Of a DNA stretch of 49,874 nucleotides, positions 1 to 8,190 are shown one piece after another. This stretch comes from a bacterium (GTDB taxonomy: Bacteria > Elusimicrobiota > Elusimicrobia > UBA1565 > UBA9628), in the NCBI GenBank assembly GCA_021806745.1, contig JAJZQS010000003.1:1-49874 (forward strand), in the 5' to 3' direction. A program made the position numbers and the translations under genes. The notes beneath the pieces were generated by a model. It searched no databases. It saw only the letters and a list, made by a program, of their open reading frames with translations, and was not told where the DNA came from. How positions within the stretch are numbered: the stretch's first letter is position 1; every line of letters starts with the position of its first letter.

Positions 1-2
1 TC

Positions 3-128
3 AACACCGACAAGGACTGCCCAATGATGCAGTTGGCCAGCGTCTCGGTGCAGGGCGACTACGCCGAGCTCGTGCCCGCGATCACCGCCGAGATCAAGAA
101 GCGCCGGGGCGCGCCGGTCGCGGCCTAA
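3..128 (+). CDS. etfA: Electron transfer flavoprotein alpha subunit, C-terminal fragment (gene starts before the window)
   Basis: Frame 3 reads NTDKDCPMMQLASVSVQGDYAELVPAITAEIKKRRGAPVAA*, matching the EtfA/FixB C-terminal pattern (IN.D..APIF..AD....GD....VP.L). TAA at 126-128 overlaps the convergent MFS stop. Confidence 0.8.
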   Translation, partial: NTDKDCPMMQLASVSVQGDYAELVPAITAEIKKRRGAPVAA

Positions 129-2236
129 GCCTTTTTCGGCTGCGGGCGGTTTCCGTCCGGGAAAATCCAGCGCGGGATCATCCACTCCAGCGCCGCGGTC
201 AGTGTGATGGCGGCGGCGATGACGCCCATCGCCACGGGCATGCTCAGCCAGTCGAGCATTAAGCCGGCCGCCAGCGCACCAGCGGCCGCGAAGAGCATGT
301 CGACCATCGAGAACGCACTCTCCACGCGTCCGAGCTTGGAATCGTCGATCTCTCGGCGCACGATCGGAGCCATCACGATGCCCACGGGCGCGTGGAATAT
401 CTGCATGCCGAACTGGACGAGCAGCATCGTGCCAAGGGCGATCCAGAACATGTGCGGCGCCAGGAAAGTGGGCACGGCCCAGGTCAGCCAGAACAGCAGC
501 GAGGAGACCGCCGCCATCCGATAGAAGCGGCCGTGGCCGAGCTTCTCGATGAGGCGGTCGCCGCGCTCGCCTTCCATGCGCCAAGACGACAGGAAGCGCC
601 CCAAAGACTCGGCGCCCAGAAGCAGCCCGAAGATGCCGCCGGCGGTGGTCAAGAGACCGCCAATCAGCGGCAGGGCCAAGTGCGGGCCCGTGCCGACGAC
701 GAGCTTGATGTAATTGGGCAAGACGACGAAGGGCATCGCGTCGCCGAGAAAGGCCTCGACGGCGCCAACGGAGATCAAGGTCGACAAGGTCTTATTGCGC
801 AGGATGTAGGAAAAGCCCTGCGTGGCCTCGTGGGCGTCGAAGGCGCGCGCCAGGCGCTCGCGCCAGCCGAGGTCCGCCGGTGCCGCCGAGCCGGCGCCTC
901 TCTTTTTGAGAAGGTCGCGCAGTTCGCGCGCGATCGACAGCGGCGACAGCGCAAGGCCCTTGAGCAGGGCCCACAAAAACGACCCGGTGCCGCGCAGGAA
1001 TTCGACGAAGCCGCGCAGGCCCATCTCGCCGTGATCGCGCGCGTCGCGGACCATCAGCCAGTAAAACGGCACGGAGGCGACGAGCAGCGCGGCGTAGACG
1101 CCGTAGGCCAGTGCGTAGCCGCCCATGCCGAAAGCGCTCACCAAGCCCGCCACCGTGGCGCCGGCGGCCAGCGGCACGAACACCTCGACGAGCGCCGACC
1201 ACTTGCCCAGCACCGCGCTGGCCTCTTTGTTGAGTTTCTCGTCCTTGCCCAAAAAGGACATGCGCGCCGCGCCGTCGGCGACGATCATCGTGCTTTGGAA
1301 CAGCGGATTGATCGCGACTATGGCCACGAGCACCGCGAAACTCAGGTGACCGGACAAAAACAGAATGGGGATGGCGCCCATGAGAGCCGCGCGCGCCAGC
1401 GCCATGCTCACAAAGAGCACTCGGAAATCGGTCTTGTCGATGAGCAGCCCCACCGGCAGGAGGTTGACCAGCGACATCGAGCCCATGTGCACATTGCGCA
1501 CAAATCCCATCACCGCCAGGCTTTTCTTAAGCGCGTTCATGACCAGAAACGGCTGGCTGATCATGTGCAGTTCGATGCCGGACACGGTGAGCAGGTCGTG
1601 CCCGATGAACACGCCCCACAGCGAGCGCGGCAGCTTGGTCTTGCCGCCCTTGGGGGCGGGAGCCAGTGGAGCGGCGGGTGCCTTCGCGTCGCCGGGAACC
1701 GGCGCCGCCGCCGGAGCGTCCGCGGGCCCCGAGACTCCGTCGAAGATCTTGCCTGATCTGTCGCCGGAATCCGCCGCGGCCGACAGGCCGACGAACGCCC
1801 GGCGCGGCGCGGCCGCGGAACGCGAAGCCGCAACGGGAGCGCCCGCGGCGGCTGCGGCCCACGCCGAAGGGGCGGTCCCGTAACCGTCGAGCTCAGGTGC
1901 GGAGGCGGGCGGCGCCGCTTCGACTGGTGAGGCCGCGGGGGCGGCCAAAATCGCGGCGCGAGCGGCCGAGGGAGCCGCGGCGCCAAGAGCGGGCAGGGCG
2001 GGAGCGGCGGCGGCCGGAGCCGCCAACGACGACGCGAGCGGCACGGAAACCACCGCGAGGGCCGGTGAAACGGGGGTCGCCGCGAGGGGTGCGATCTCCG
2101 CGGGAACCGCCAGTCCCGCCGCGGAAGCGACGCCGGCCGCCTCGGCCACGGCCGCATACGCGCGCGGACCCGGGCAGAGGGCAACCACGGAAACGGCCGC
2201 GACCAACGCCGTCAGACGAGCGCAAATCCGCATCAC
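125..2236 (-). CDS. MFS transporter with N-terminal signal peptide and ~200-aa Ala/Pro-rich extension
   Basis: Two blocks of hydrophobic helices with MFS motif-A-like GLLIDKTDFR and a C-terminal 'KLGRVESAF...G.MLD' segment. N-terminus MMRICARLTALVAAVSVVALCPGPRAYA resembles a Sec signal peptide. Confidence 0.8.
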   Translation of the reverse strand: MMRICARLTALVAAVSVVALCPGPRAYAAVAEAAGVASAAGLAVPAEIAPLAATPVSPALAVVSVPLASSLAAPAAAAPALPALGAAAPSAARAAILAAPAASPVEAAPPASAPELDGYGTAPSAWAAAAAGAPVAASRSAAAPRRAFVGLSAAADSGDRSGKIFDGVSGPADAPAAAPVPGDAKAPAAPLAPAPKGGKTKLPRSLWGVFIGHDLLTVSGIELHMISQPFLVMNALKKSLAVMGFVRNVHMGSMSLVNLLPVGLLIDKTDFRVLFVSMALARAALMGAIPILFLSGHLSFAVLVAIVAINPLFQSTMIVADGAARMSFLGKDEKLNKEASAVLGKWSALVEVFVPLAAGATVAGLVSAFGMGGYALAYGVYAALLVASVPFYWLMVRDARDHGEMGLRGFVEFLRGTGSFLWALLKGLALSPLSIARELRDLLKKRGAGSAAPADLGWRERLARAFDAHEATQGFSYILRNKTLSTLISVGAVEAFLGDAMPFVVLPNYIKLVVGTGPHLALPLIGGLLTTAGGIFGLLLGAESLGRFLSSWRMEGERGDRLIEKLGHGRFYRMAAVSSLLFWLTWAVPTFLAPHMFWIALGTMLLVQFGMQIFHAPVGIVMAPIVRREIDDSKLGRVESAFSMVDMLFAAAGALAAGLMLDWLSMPVAMGVIAAAITLTAALEWMIPRWIFPDGNRPQPKKA

Positions 2237-2242
2237 TCGTCT

Positions 2243-2310
2243 ATTGTCGCGAGTTTATATGTGGGACACGAGGGCCGATCGTCCTAGACGAGTCGCAACA
2301 ACTGGCCCAA
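2243..2310 (-). promoter_or_regulatory. Putative activator-binding element plus -10 box upstream of the MFS gene
   Basis: Minus strand reads TGGGCC..CGTCTAGGACGATCGGCCCTCGTGTCCCAC..GACAAT-N6-GTG. A near-identical element lies at 30858-30903. Confidence 0.6.
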
Positions 2311-2312
2311 TG

Positions 2313-3110
2313 TTAAGCCTCCATTGTTGGGGGAAGCGACGGCGGCGGCGCAGGGGGCGCAGGGGGCGCAACAGGCGGGTCGCCCAGTTTCATTTGCATT
2401 GGAGGGTCGTCGTTGATGCCTTTTAGTTGCAAGGGGTTGTTTGTCGCGCCGTTTTGCGCGGCAGTTGTGCTCTGGTTTTGAGCTACGTTCTGAGAAGCAT
2501 TTTGCTCCGCCTGGGTCGTCTGCTGAGTTGCTTTATCCTTGGCGTCCGCTTCTTTTTCCATCGCCATCTTCACACCCAGAACGACGAAGATCATTCCCAG
2601 CGCCATGAGCAGTCCGCCCTGCATGGTCTGACCGAACTGGTGCTGGATTTTGGACCCAACCATGACCAGCGCCAGTCCCAGGGCGGCGACGGTGAAGCCG
2701 ATGATCTTCTTCGCCTGCGTTCCGGGAAACTTGACCATGCTGCCGAGAGCCAAAAGGCCTCCCGCCAAAATCACCAAAAGCGTGGCAAGGTTGATGTCAC
2801 CCTGCCACGGCGTCGCGTTCACTGCGGCCGGCGTCGGAACATTGGCACTCGGAGAGTAGCCCTCGGCGTAATTATAGGACAGCGGAACGGTGCCGGAATT
2901 ATAGGGGACGACCGGCGCGCCTGAACCAGAACTGTCCACGTTCGCGGCCGCAGAGGCGTTGTCGTAGGTGCGTCCGGCGCCGGCGCTCGTCTGCGCGTGC
3001 GCGTTGTCTCCTAGGGCAGCTTGGGCCTGGGCACGGGTTTTGTCGGCCGTCGCCCGGCTCGTGGAAAACAGAAGAAAAAGGGCCGCGAACGCCAAGAGGG
3101 TTCTCTTCAT
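2313..3110 (-). CDS. Hypothetical exported/membrane protein (signal peptide, low-complexity region, 3 TM helices, Gln/Pro-rich tail), 265 aa
   Basis: Start re-called at ATG 3110 (MKRTLLAFAALFLLFSTSRATA), supported by the promoter immediately upstream. The upstream part of the 595-aa ORF is a shadow of the DHH gene. Confidence 0.75.
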   Translation of the reverse strand: MKRTLLAFAALFLLFSTSRATADKTRAQAQAALGDNAHAQTSAGAGRTYDNASAAANVDSSGSGAPVVPYNSGTVPLSYNYAEGYSPSANVPTPAAVNATPWQGDINLATLLVILAGGLLALGSMVKFPGTQAKKIIGFTVAALGLALVMVGSKIQHQFGQTMQGGLLMALGMIFVVLGVKMAMEKEADAKDKATQQTTQAEQNASQNVAQNQSTTAAQNGATNNPLQLKGINDDPPMQMKLGDPPVAPPAPPAPPPSLPPTMEA

Positions 3111-3117
3111 AATCGGA

Positions 3118-3146
3118 AGTATCGAGCTAAAACCTCTCCTTGTCAA
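3118..3146 (-). promoter_or_regulatory. Sigma70-type promoter, leaderless geometry
   Basis: TTGACA-N17-GATACT-N7-ATG(3110). Confidence 0.7.
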
Positions 3147-3184
3147 GGCGCGCGCCCGCGAATTACCGAACTTTAATTTTCGGC

Positions 3185-4219
3185 CTATTCGCGAAACGGC
3201 CAGCGGCGCTCGAGCGGGTCCAGGCCGAGGCTGGCCAGGAAATCGGCGGCAACCTTGTCCTCGGTCTCGCGCCAGCGCTCCTCGGGCGCGGCCTCGCCGA
3301 CCTCGCGCGAACCGCCGGCGATCATCGCGTGCCCCCCGCCGCGATTGCCGCCGCCGAGAAGCCTCTTGAGCAGGCGCCCCGCCCCGGCGCCGGGATCGTT
3401 GGAACGCAAGGAGACATGCAGACGCCCGTGGAAGCGCGCGGTGACGATCGACCAGCGCATGCCCTCGAGCGTCAACAGAAAATCGGCGATCTGGGCCACG
3501 CGGTCTGGAGTCTCGACTTCCCCCAGATGCACGCCGACCACGCGCCCGACGACGAACGCCCCGCGGATGGCGCGCGCGGTCGTCGCGAAGAAAGACTCCG
3601 AGCGCTGCGGGTAGGAGATGCGCCACAAGGCCTTCATGCTCGCCTTCGGCCAAAAAGCCTGGTAGGCGTCCATGTCGCGCGGCGTCGCCTCGCGACCCAA
3701 ATTCTGAGTCTCCGAGCCGATCCCGTAGACGATGCCCGTGGCCATGCGCCGCGGCACGCGCACGCCGGCCAACGCCAGCGCCTCCACCAGGACCGTCGTC
3801 GTCGCCCCCACCGCCTCGTCGATCAGCGCCAAGCCGGCCTGGGTGTCGGCGTGGCGGGGGTGATGATCGACGATCAGATCCGGCACGCGGCGCGGCGGGC
3901 AGCGGTTGTTCTTGAACGGAGGCTGCGTGTCGACCAGCGCCAGGTGCGGCGAGGCGGCGAGTTCTCCCTTGCGCAGAGGCCGCGCCGGCACGAGCAGACG
4001 CTCGGCCATCATCCGATTTTCCGCACGACCGATGGCGCCGCCGTAGACGACGCGGCAGCGGATCTTGCCCAGATGCTGCGCCAGGTGCGCCAGCGCCCAT
4101 GCGCTGGCCAAGGCGTCGGGATCGGGATGGTCGTGCGTCAGGATGGTCAACGGCGAAAGCGCGCGGCCCTTCTCGGTCAGGAACTTGACCAGTCGCCGCG
4201 CGTGGAAACCCGGAGTCAT
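3185..4219 (-). CDS. DHH/DHHA1 family phosphoesterase (candidate c-di-AMP/pApA phosphodiesterase or NrnA-like)
   Basis: Motifs THDHPDPDALAS, VDT, VDHH, SLRS, GGGH. The ATG at 4219 overlaps the cdaA stop (ATGA). Confidence 0.85.
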   Translation of the reverse strand: MTPGFHARRLVKFLTEKGRALSPLTILTHDHPDPDALASAWALAHLAQHLGKIRCRVVYGGAIGRAENRMMAERLLVPARPLRKGELAASPHLALVDTQPPFKNNRCPPRRVPDLIVDHHPRHADTQAGLALIDEAVGATTTVLVEALALAGVRVPRRMATGIVYGIGSETQNLGREATPRDMDAYQAFWPKASMKALWRISYPQRSESFFATTARAIRGAFVVGRVVGVHLGEVETPDRVAQIADFLLTLEGMRWSIVTARFHGRLHVSLRSNDPGAGAGRLLKRLLGGGNRGGGHAMIAGGSREVGEAAPEERWRETEDKVAADFLASLGLDPLERRWPFRE

Positions 4220-5097
4220 CGGCCCCCGCCTCCCAGCCCCACGAACAGAAACCAGAGGATGATCGAGGCGGCGGCCGCGCCCAGCTTCTCGCGCCAGTTC
4301 TCGGTGAAGAAGCCGACGACGACGCCGCGCGACGGATCGGGCATCAATCGATTGAGGAACATCCCGATCTCGTCTTGCAGTTCCTCGAGGCCCGACAACA
4401 CGCGCAAATCGCCGCGCCGCGCCACGGAGATCGTACCGTGCTCCTCGCTGACCACCAGGCACAGCGCGTCGCAGCGCTCCGAAAGCCCCAGCGCCGCGGC
4501 GTGGCGCGTGCCCATGTTGGTGATCTTGGAAAAATCCTTGGACAGGGGGAGTTGGACGCCGAAGCGGCTCACGCGCCCCTCCTCCACGACGAAAGCGCCG
4601 TCGTGACCGAGCGAGTGCGAATCGAAGATGCTCTTGATCAGGGCCTCGGACAATTCCCCGTGCAGGTCCCAGCCGCCCTCGACGTGCCGATCAAGCGGGT
4701 CGAGCCCGCGCAAGACCACCAGAGCGCCGATGCGGTCGCGCGCGAGATCGCCCAGAGAGCGCACGAGGATCTCGACTTGACGATGCGACGGCGCCGCCTT
4801 CACCCGGCCGCCGGTGAGACTGAGCACCGCCAGGCGCTCGAAGGCCGAGCGTATCTCCTCCTGGAAGATCACGATCACCGCCACGATGAACACCGCGAAA
4901 AACCCCTGGAACAGGCGGATGGTCATGTACATGCCGGCAAACAGCGCGATCACGTAGACGACGATCATCAAGAACAGCCCCAGCGCCACGAAGGCCGCCT
5001 TTGTGCGCTTGAACCAAAGCAAAAGAGCGTAGATCAGCGATCCGACCAGGAGCATGTCGAGCACGTCGGGAACGCCGATGCGTTTGAACGCGAACAT
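4216..5097 (-). CDS. cdaA: Diadenylate cyclase CdaA/DacA (c-di-AMP synthase)
   Basis: Three N-terminal TM helices, IIFQEEIR, GALVV, HDGA (DGA motif) and GTRHAAALGLSE (RHR-like motif), VVSEE. Confidence 0.9.
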   Translation of the reverse strand: MFAFKRIGVPDVLDMLLVGSLIYALLLWFKRTKAAFVALGLFLMIVVYVIALFAGMYMTIRLFQGFFAVFIVAVIVIFQEEIRSAFERLAVLSLTGGRVKAAPSHRQVEILVRSLGDLARDRIGALVVLRGLDPLDRHVEGGWDLHGELSEALIKSIFDSHSLGHDGAFVVEEGRVSRFGVQLPLSKDFSKITNMGTRHAAALGLSERCDALCLVVSEEHGTISVARRGDLRVLSGLEELQDEIGMFLNRLMPDPSRGVVVGFFTENWREKLGAAAASIILWFLFVGLGGGGR

Positions 5098-5105
5098 CGC
5101 GGCTC

Positions 5106-5135
5106 AGTATGGCGCGCCGGTCGCGCCGGCGTCAA
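5106..5135 (-). promoter_or_regulatory. Sigma70-type promoter for cdaA-DHH
   Basis: TTGACG-N18-CATACT-N8-ATG(5097). Confidence 0.6.
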
Positions 5136-5156
5136 GAGCGCCCGGGCGCGCCGCGG

Positions 5157-5684
5157 TCACCGGTCCGCGACCGGCGCGGACGGACGCTTGGGCTTGTCGC
5201 CCATGAGTTCGGCCATGTCCCAGATCATGTCCTTGCGGCTGTAGCGCGAGGTGTCGACGTCGTCGGCGTCCATGTGGATGGCGTCCACCGGGCAGGCCTC
5301 CACGCAGTAGCCGCAGTACACGCACATGCCCAGGTCGATCTGGAAGGTCTTCGCGCGCTTCTCGATCATCGCGTCGGGGGCGTTCTCGGCGGTGATGCGG
5401 ATGCACTTGGCGGGGCAAATCGTCTCGCAGAGCAGGCAGGCGGTACAGCGCGGAGCGCCGTCGTCGCGCTTGAGCAGGCGGTGGCGCGTGCGCGCACGCC
5501 GGCCCAGCACGGCGGGATCCTCGGGATATTGGATGGTGACCGAGGCGTCGGGGCGGCGCAGGAGATGACGATAGAGGTTGACGAACAGATGGCGGAAGGT
5601 GATCGCCAGGCCTTTCCAGACCTCGATCAGGTAGATCTGGGTCGCCAGCGTGCGCTTGGGCCGTTCGACGGCCTTTACGGTCAT
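5157..5684 (-). CDS. nuoI: NADH-quinone oxidoreductase subunit I
   Basis: TIQYPE and two CxxCxxCxxxCP motifs (CTACLLCETICP, CVYCGYCVEACP). ATG 5684 overlaps the nuoH stop. Confidence 0.93.
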   Translation of the reverse strand: MTVKAVERPKRTLATQIYLIEVWKGLAITFRHLFVNLYRHLLRRPDASVTIQYPEDPAVLGRRARTRHRLLKRDDGAPRCTACLLCETICPAKCIRITAENAPDAMIEKRAKTFQIDLGMCVYCGYCVEACPVDAIHMDADDVDTSRYSRKDMIWDMAELMGDKPKRPSAPVADR

Positions 5685-6715
5685 CGCCACAGGTAAATCC
5701 CCCACGCGGTCACGAGGAAGTTCAGAAGCGACAAGGGCAAGAGGTTTTTCCAGCCCAGGTCCAGCAACTGGTCGAAGCGGAAGCGCGGCAGAGTCCAGCG
5801 GATCTGCATGAGCAAAAACAGCAGCGCCAGAACCTTGACCGTGAAGCTGGCCAGCATCAACACGCCGCCCAGCAGGCCCATCGAAGGCAAGTCCAGGCCC
5901 GGGATCAGCCAGCCGCCTAGAAACAGCGCCGCGGTCACGCCGCAGATGACGATCGACTCCATGAAGTCGGTGATCAAAAACATCCCGAACTTCATGCCCG
6001 AATACTCCACGTGGAAGCCCACGATCTCGCTTTCGCCCTCGGGCAAGTCGAAAGGCGTGCGCTTGGTCACCGCGGCGCCCGCGGTCAAGAACAAGATGAA
6101 GGCCAGCGGCTGGAACACGATGCCCCACGCATGCGCGCTCTGCCAGGCCACCGCCTGCTGGAAATCGAGCGTGCCGTAGAGAAACAAAAGGCCCGCCAGA
6201 GACGAAGCCAAGCAGACCTCGGAGGCCACCATCTGCGCGGCGCCCCGCAGGCCGCCGAGCATGCCGTAATTGGAGCCGGACGCGTAGCCCGCCATCATGA
6301 CCCCGTGCACGCCGAAGGCCAGCGCGGCCAGCACCAGCGGCACGCCGCACGAGCACTCCAGCGGCTGCAGGCTCCAGGCTCGCCCCAGAAACTGGATCGT
6401 GCCGCCGTAGGGCAGCGCGGCCAGGCAGAAAAGCCCTCCTCCCATCGCGATGACGGGAGCGATCGTGTGCAGAGGCTGGACCACCGAGGAGGACACGAAG
6501 TCCTCCTTGGTCAGCATCTTGATCGCGTCGGCCAGCGGGTGAAACAGACCCAGGATGCGAAAGCCGAAGATGTCGGCGCGGTTGGCGCCGATGCGGTCTT
6601 GCATGACCGCGCTTTGCTTGCGCTCGACCCAGCCCAACAGCCCCGCGATGTTCATGCCGAAAGCCACGCCCGCGGCGACCTTGACCACCGTCCAAATCGC
6701 GTCGACGAAGTTCAT
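5681..6715 (-). CDS. nuoH: NADH-quinone oxidoreductase subunit H
   Basis: WVERK..AVMQDRIG.N, LADAIKMLTKED, RTPFDLPEGESE, EYSG, TLPRFRFDQL. Start re-called at 6715 (MNFVDAIW). Confidence 0.93.
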   Translation of the reverse strand: MNFVDAIWTVVKVAAGVAFGMNIAGLLGWVERKQSAVMQDRIGANRADIFGFRILGLFHPLADAIKMLTKEDFVSSSVVQPLHTIAPVIAMGGGLFCLAALPYGGTIQFLGRAWSLQPLECSCGVPLVLAALAFGVHGVMMAGYASGSNYGMLGGLRGAAQMVASEVCLASSLAGLLFLYGTLDFQQAVAWQSAHAWGIVFQPLAFILFLTAGAAVTKRTPFDLPEGESEIVGFHVEYSGMKFGMFLITDFMESIVICGVTAALFLGGWLIPGLDLPSMGLLGGVLMLASFTVKVLALLFLLMQIRWTLPRFRFDQLLDLGWKNLLPLSLLNFLVTAWGIYLWR

Positions 6716-8190
6716 GCCGCCACCTCCCGCCGCGCGGCGGGCGCTGCGGCCGCGATGAGGCGGAAAATCTCCGCGTCGGGGCGAGCTTGGCCGATGGGCT
6801 CCAGCGCCTTGCAATAGGCCTGGACCTTGCCCTCGAAGTTCGTGAAGTGGCCGCTTTCCTCCACATAAGCGGTCGCGGGAAGCCGGAAGTCGAAAGACTC
6901 CGAAAGCTCGTTCTTGTTGGGGCCCTGGTAGACGCGAAACGCCGCCTTGGCGATCAGCGCCTTGGCGCGCTCGGCGCCCCAGATCTTGGCCAAATCCCGC
7001 TCGACGACGTAAAGCGTCTTGACCTTGCCCGACTCCAGGTCCCGCGCAAGTTCGTCGAAAGAGCCGCTCTTGAGGCCCAACGCCTCGGCACCCTTGAGGT
7101 TGGGCACCTTCTCGCGCCGGCGCAGGAAGTCGTCCTCGACGCCGATCTGGTCGGGCTCCGGACAGAAGTAGAGCTTGGCGCCCGCGAACAACTCCTTGGC
7201 CGCGGCCCAATCCTCGTTGGAGAGCATGCCGGAAGCGACGAACGCGACGCCGCCGGCCTTCAACGCCTTGGCGATCTCCTCGGCCGCCGACTCCCAGGAC
7301 GCGTCGCGGCGCTCGGGCGTGAGCTTGAGCACCCGGCCCAGACGGCCGGAGTCGAGCGCGCCGATCCCGTAACGACCGTCGTCGCACATCCAATGGCCGT
7401 TGACGTCGTGGTTGTGGCGGGGCTTGAGGCGCGCCACGCGCTTGCCGTCGTTGTGCCACGGGCGCTTGGTGTTGGTGTGCACGGAGATGTTGCAGCCGCG
7501 CGAGCAGCCGGTGCAAATCGAGTCGGTCTCGTCCAGGTACCAGACGCGGACCTTGTAGCGGAAGTCGCGGTCGGTCAGCGCGCCGACCGGGCAGACGTCG
7601 ACGACGTTGCCCGAGTACGCGTTGTCGAGGATCAGGCCCGGGGTCAGTTCGACTCGCTCGGAATGGCCGCGCCGGAATATGCCGAGTTCGTGGGTCTTGG
7701 TCACGTTGTCGACGAAACGCGTGCAGCGCGTGCACAGGATGCAGCGCTCTTGATCGAGCATGACATGGGGGCCGACCTCGATGCGCTTGCCCTTGTGATC
7801 CTTGTTCTCGCGAACCTGGCTCTGGTACTGGCCGATCTCCATGTAGTAGTTCTGCAGACCGCACTCCCCGGCCTGGTCGCAAACCGGGCAGTCCAGCGGG
7901 TGGTTGACGAGGTGAAGCTCCAGCATCGCCGCGCGGGCGCGCTTGATGGGCTCGGATTCGGTCTTGACGTCCAAGCCCTCGCGCACCGGGGTGCGGCAGG
8001 AGACCTGGGGCTTGGGAGCCCCCGCCACCTCCACGACGCACATCCGGCAGTTGCCGGGATTGCCCAGCGCCGGGTGGTAGCAATAATGCGGGATGTTCAC
8101 GCCCGCGTCCTTGGCGGCGTCGATGACGAGGCGGCCCTCGTCGGCCTCGATCTCGCGTCCGTCGAGCTTGAACTTAACTTTTTTGGCCAT
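6712..8190 (-). CDS. nuoG: NADH-quinone oxidoreductase subunit G (short form, 492 aa)
   Basis: IPHYCYHP..GNCRMC, HPLDCPVCDQAGECGLQ, RCILCTRC, CPVGAL and N7-type CTGCSRGC...C. Confidence 0.93.
   Translation of the reverse strand: MAKKVKFKLDGREIEADEGRLVIDAAKDAGVNIPHYCYHPALGNPGNCRMCVVEVAGAPKPQVSCRTPVREGLDVKTESEPIKRARAAMLELHLVNHPLDCPVCDQAGECGLQNYYMEIGQYQSQVRENKDHKGKRIEVGPHVMLDQERCILCTRCTRFVDNVTKTHELGIFRRGHSERVELTPGLILDNAYSGNVVDVCPVGALTDRDFRYKVRVWYLDETDSICTGCSRGCNISVHTNTKRPWHNDGKRVARLKPRHNHDVNGHWMCDDGRYGIGALDSGRLGRVLKLTPERRDASWESAAEEIAKALKAGGVAFVASGMLSNEDWAAAKELFAGAKLYFCPEPDQIGVEDDFLRRREKVPNLKGAEALGLKSGSFDELARDLESGKVKTLYVVERDLAKIWGAERAKALIAKAAFRVYQGPNKNELSESFDFRLPATAYVEESGHFTNFEGKVQAYCKALEPIGQARPDAEIFRLIAAAAPAARREVAA

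Noticed and set aside
1-128. Functional link between etfA and the atypical NuoF
   Set aside because: The genes are on opposite strands and separated by unrelated genes; proximity alone is not evidence.
3166-3184. Short inverted repeat CCGAA...TTCGG after the DHH gene as a terminator
   Set aside because: The stem is only 5 bp and there is no convincing U-tract.
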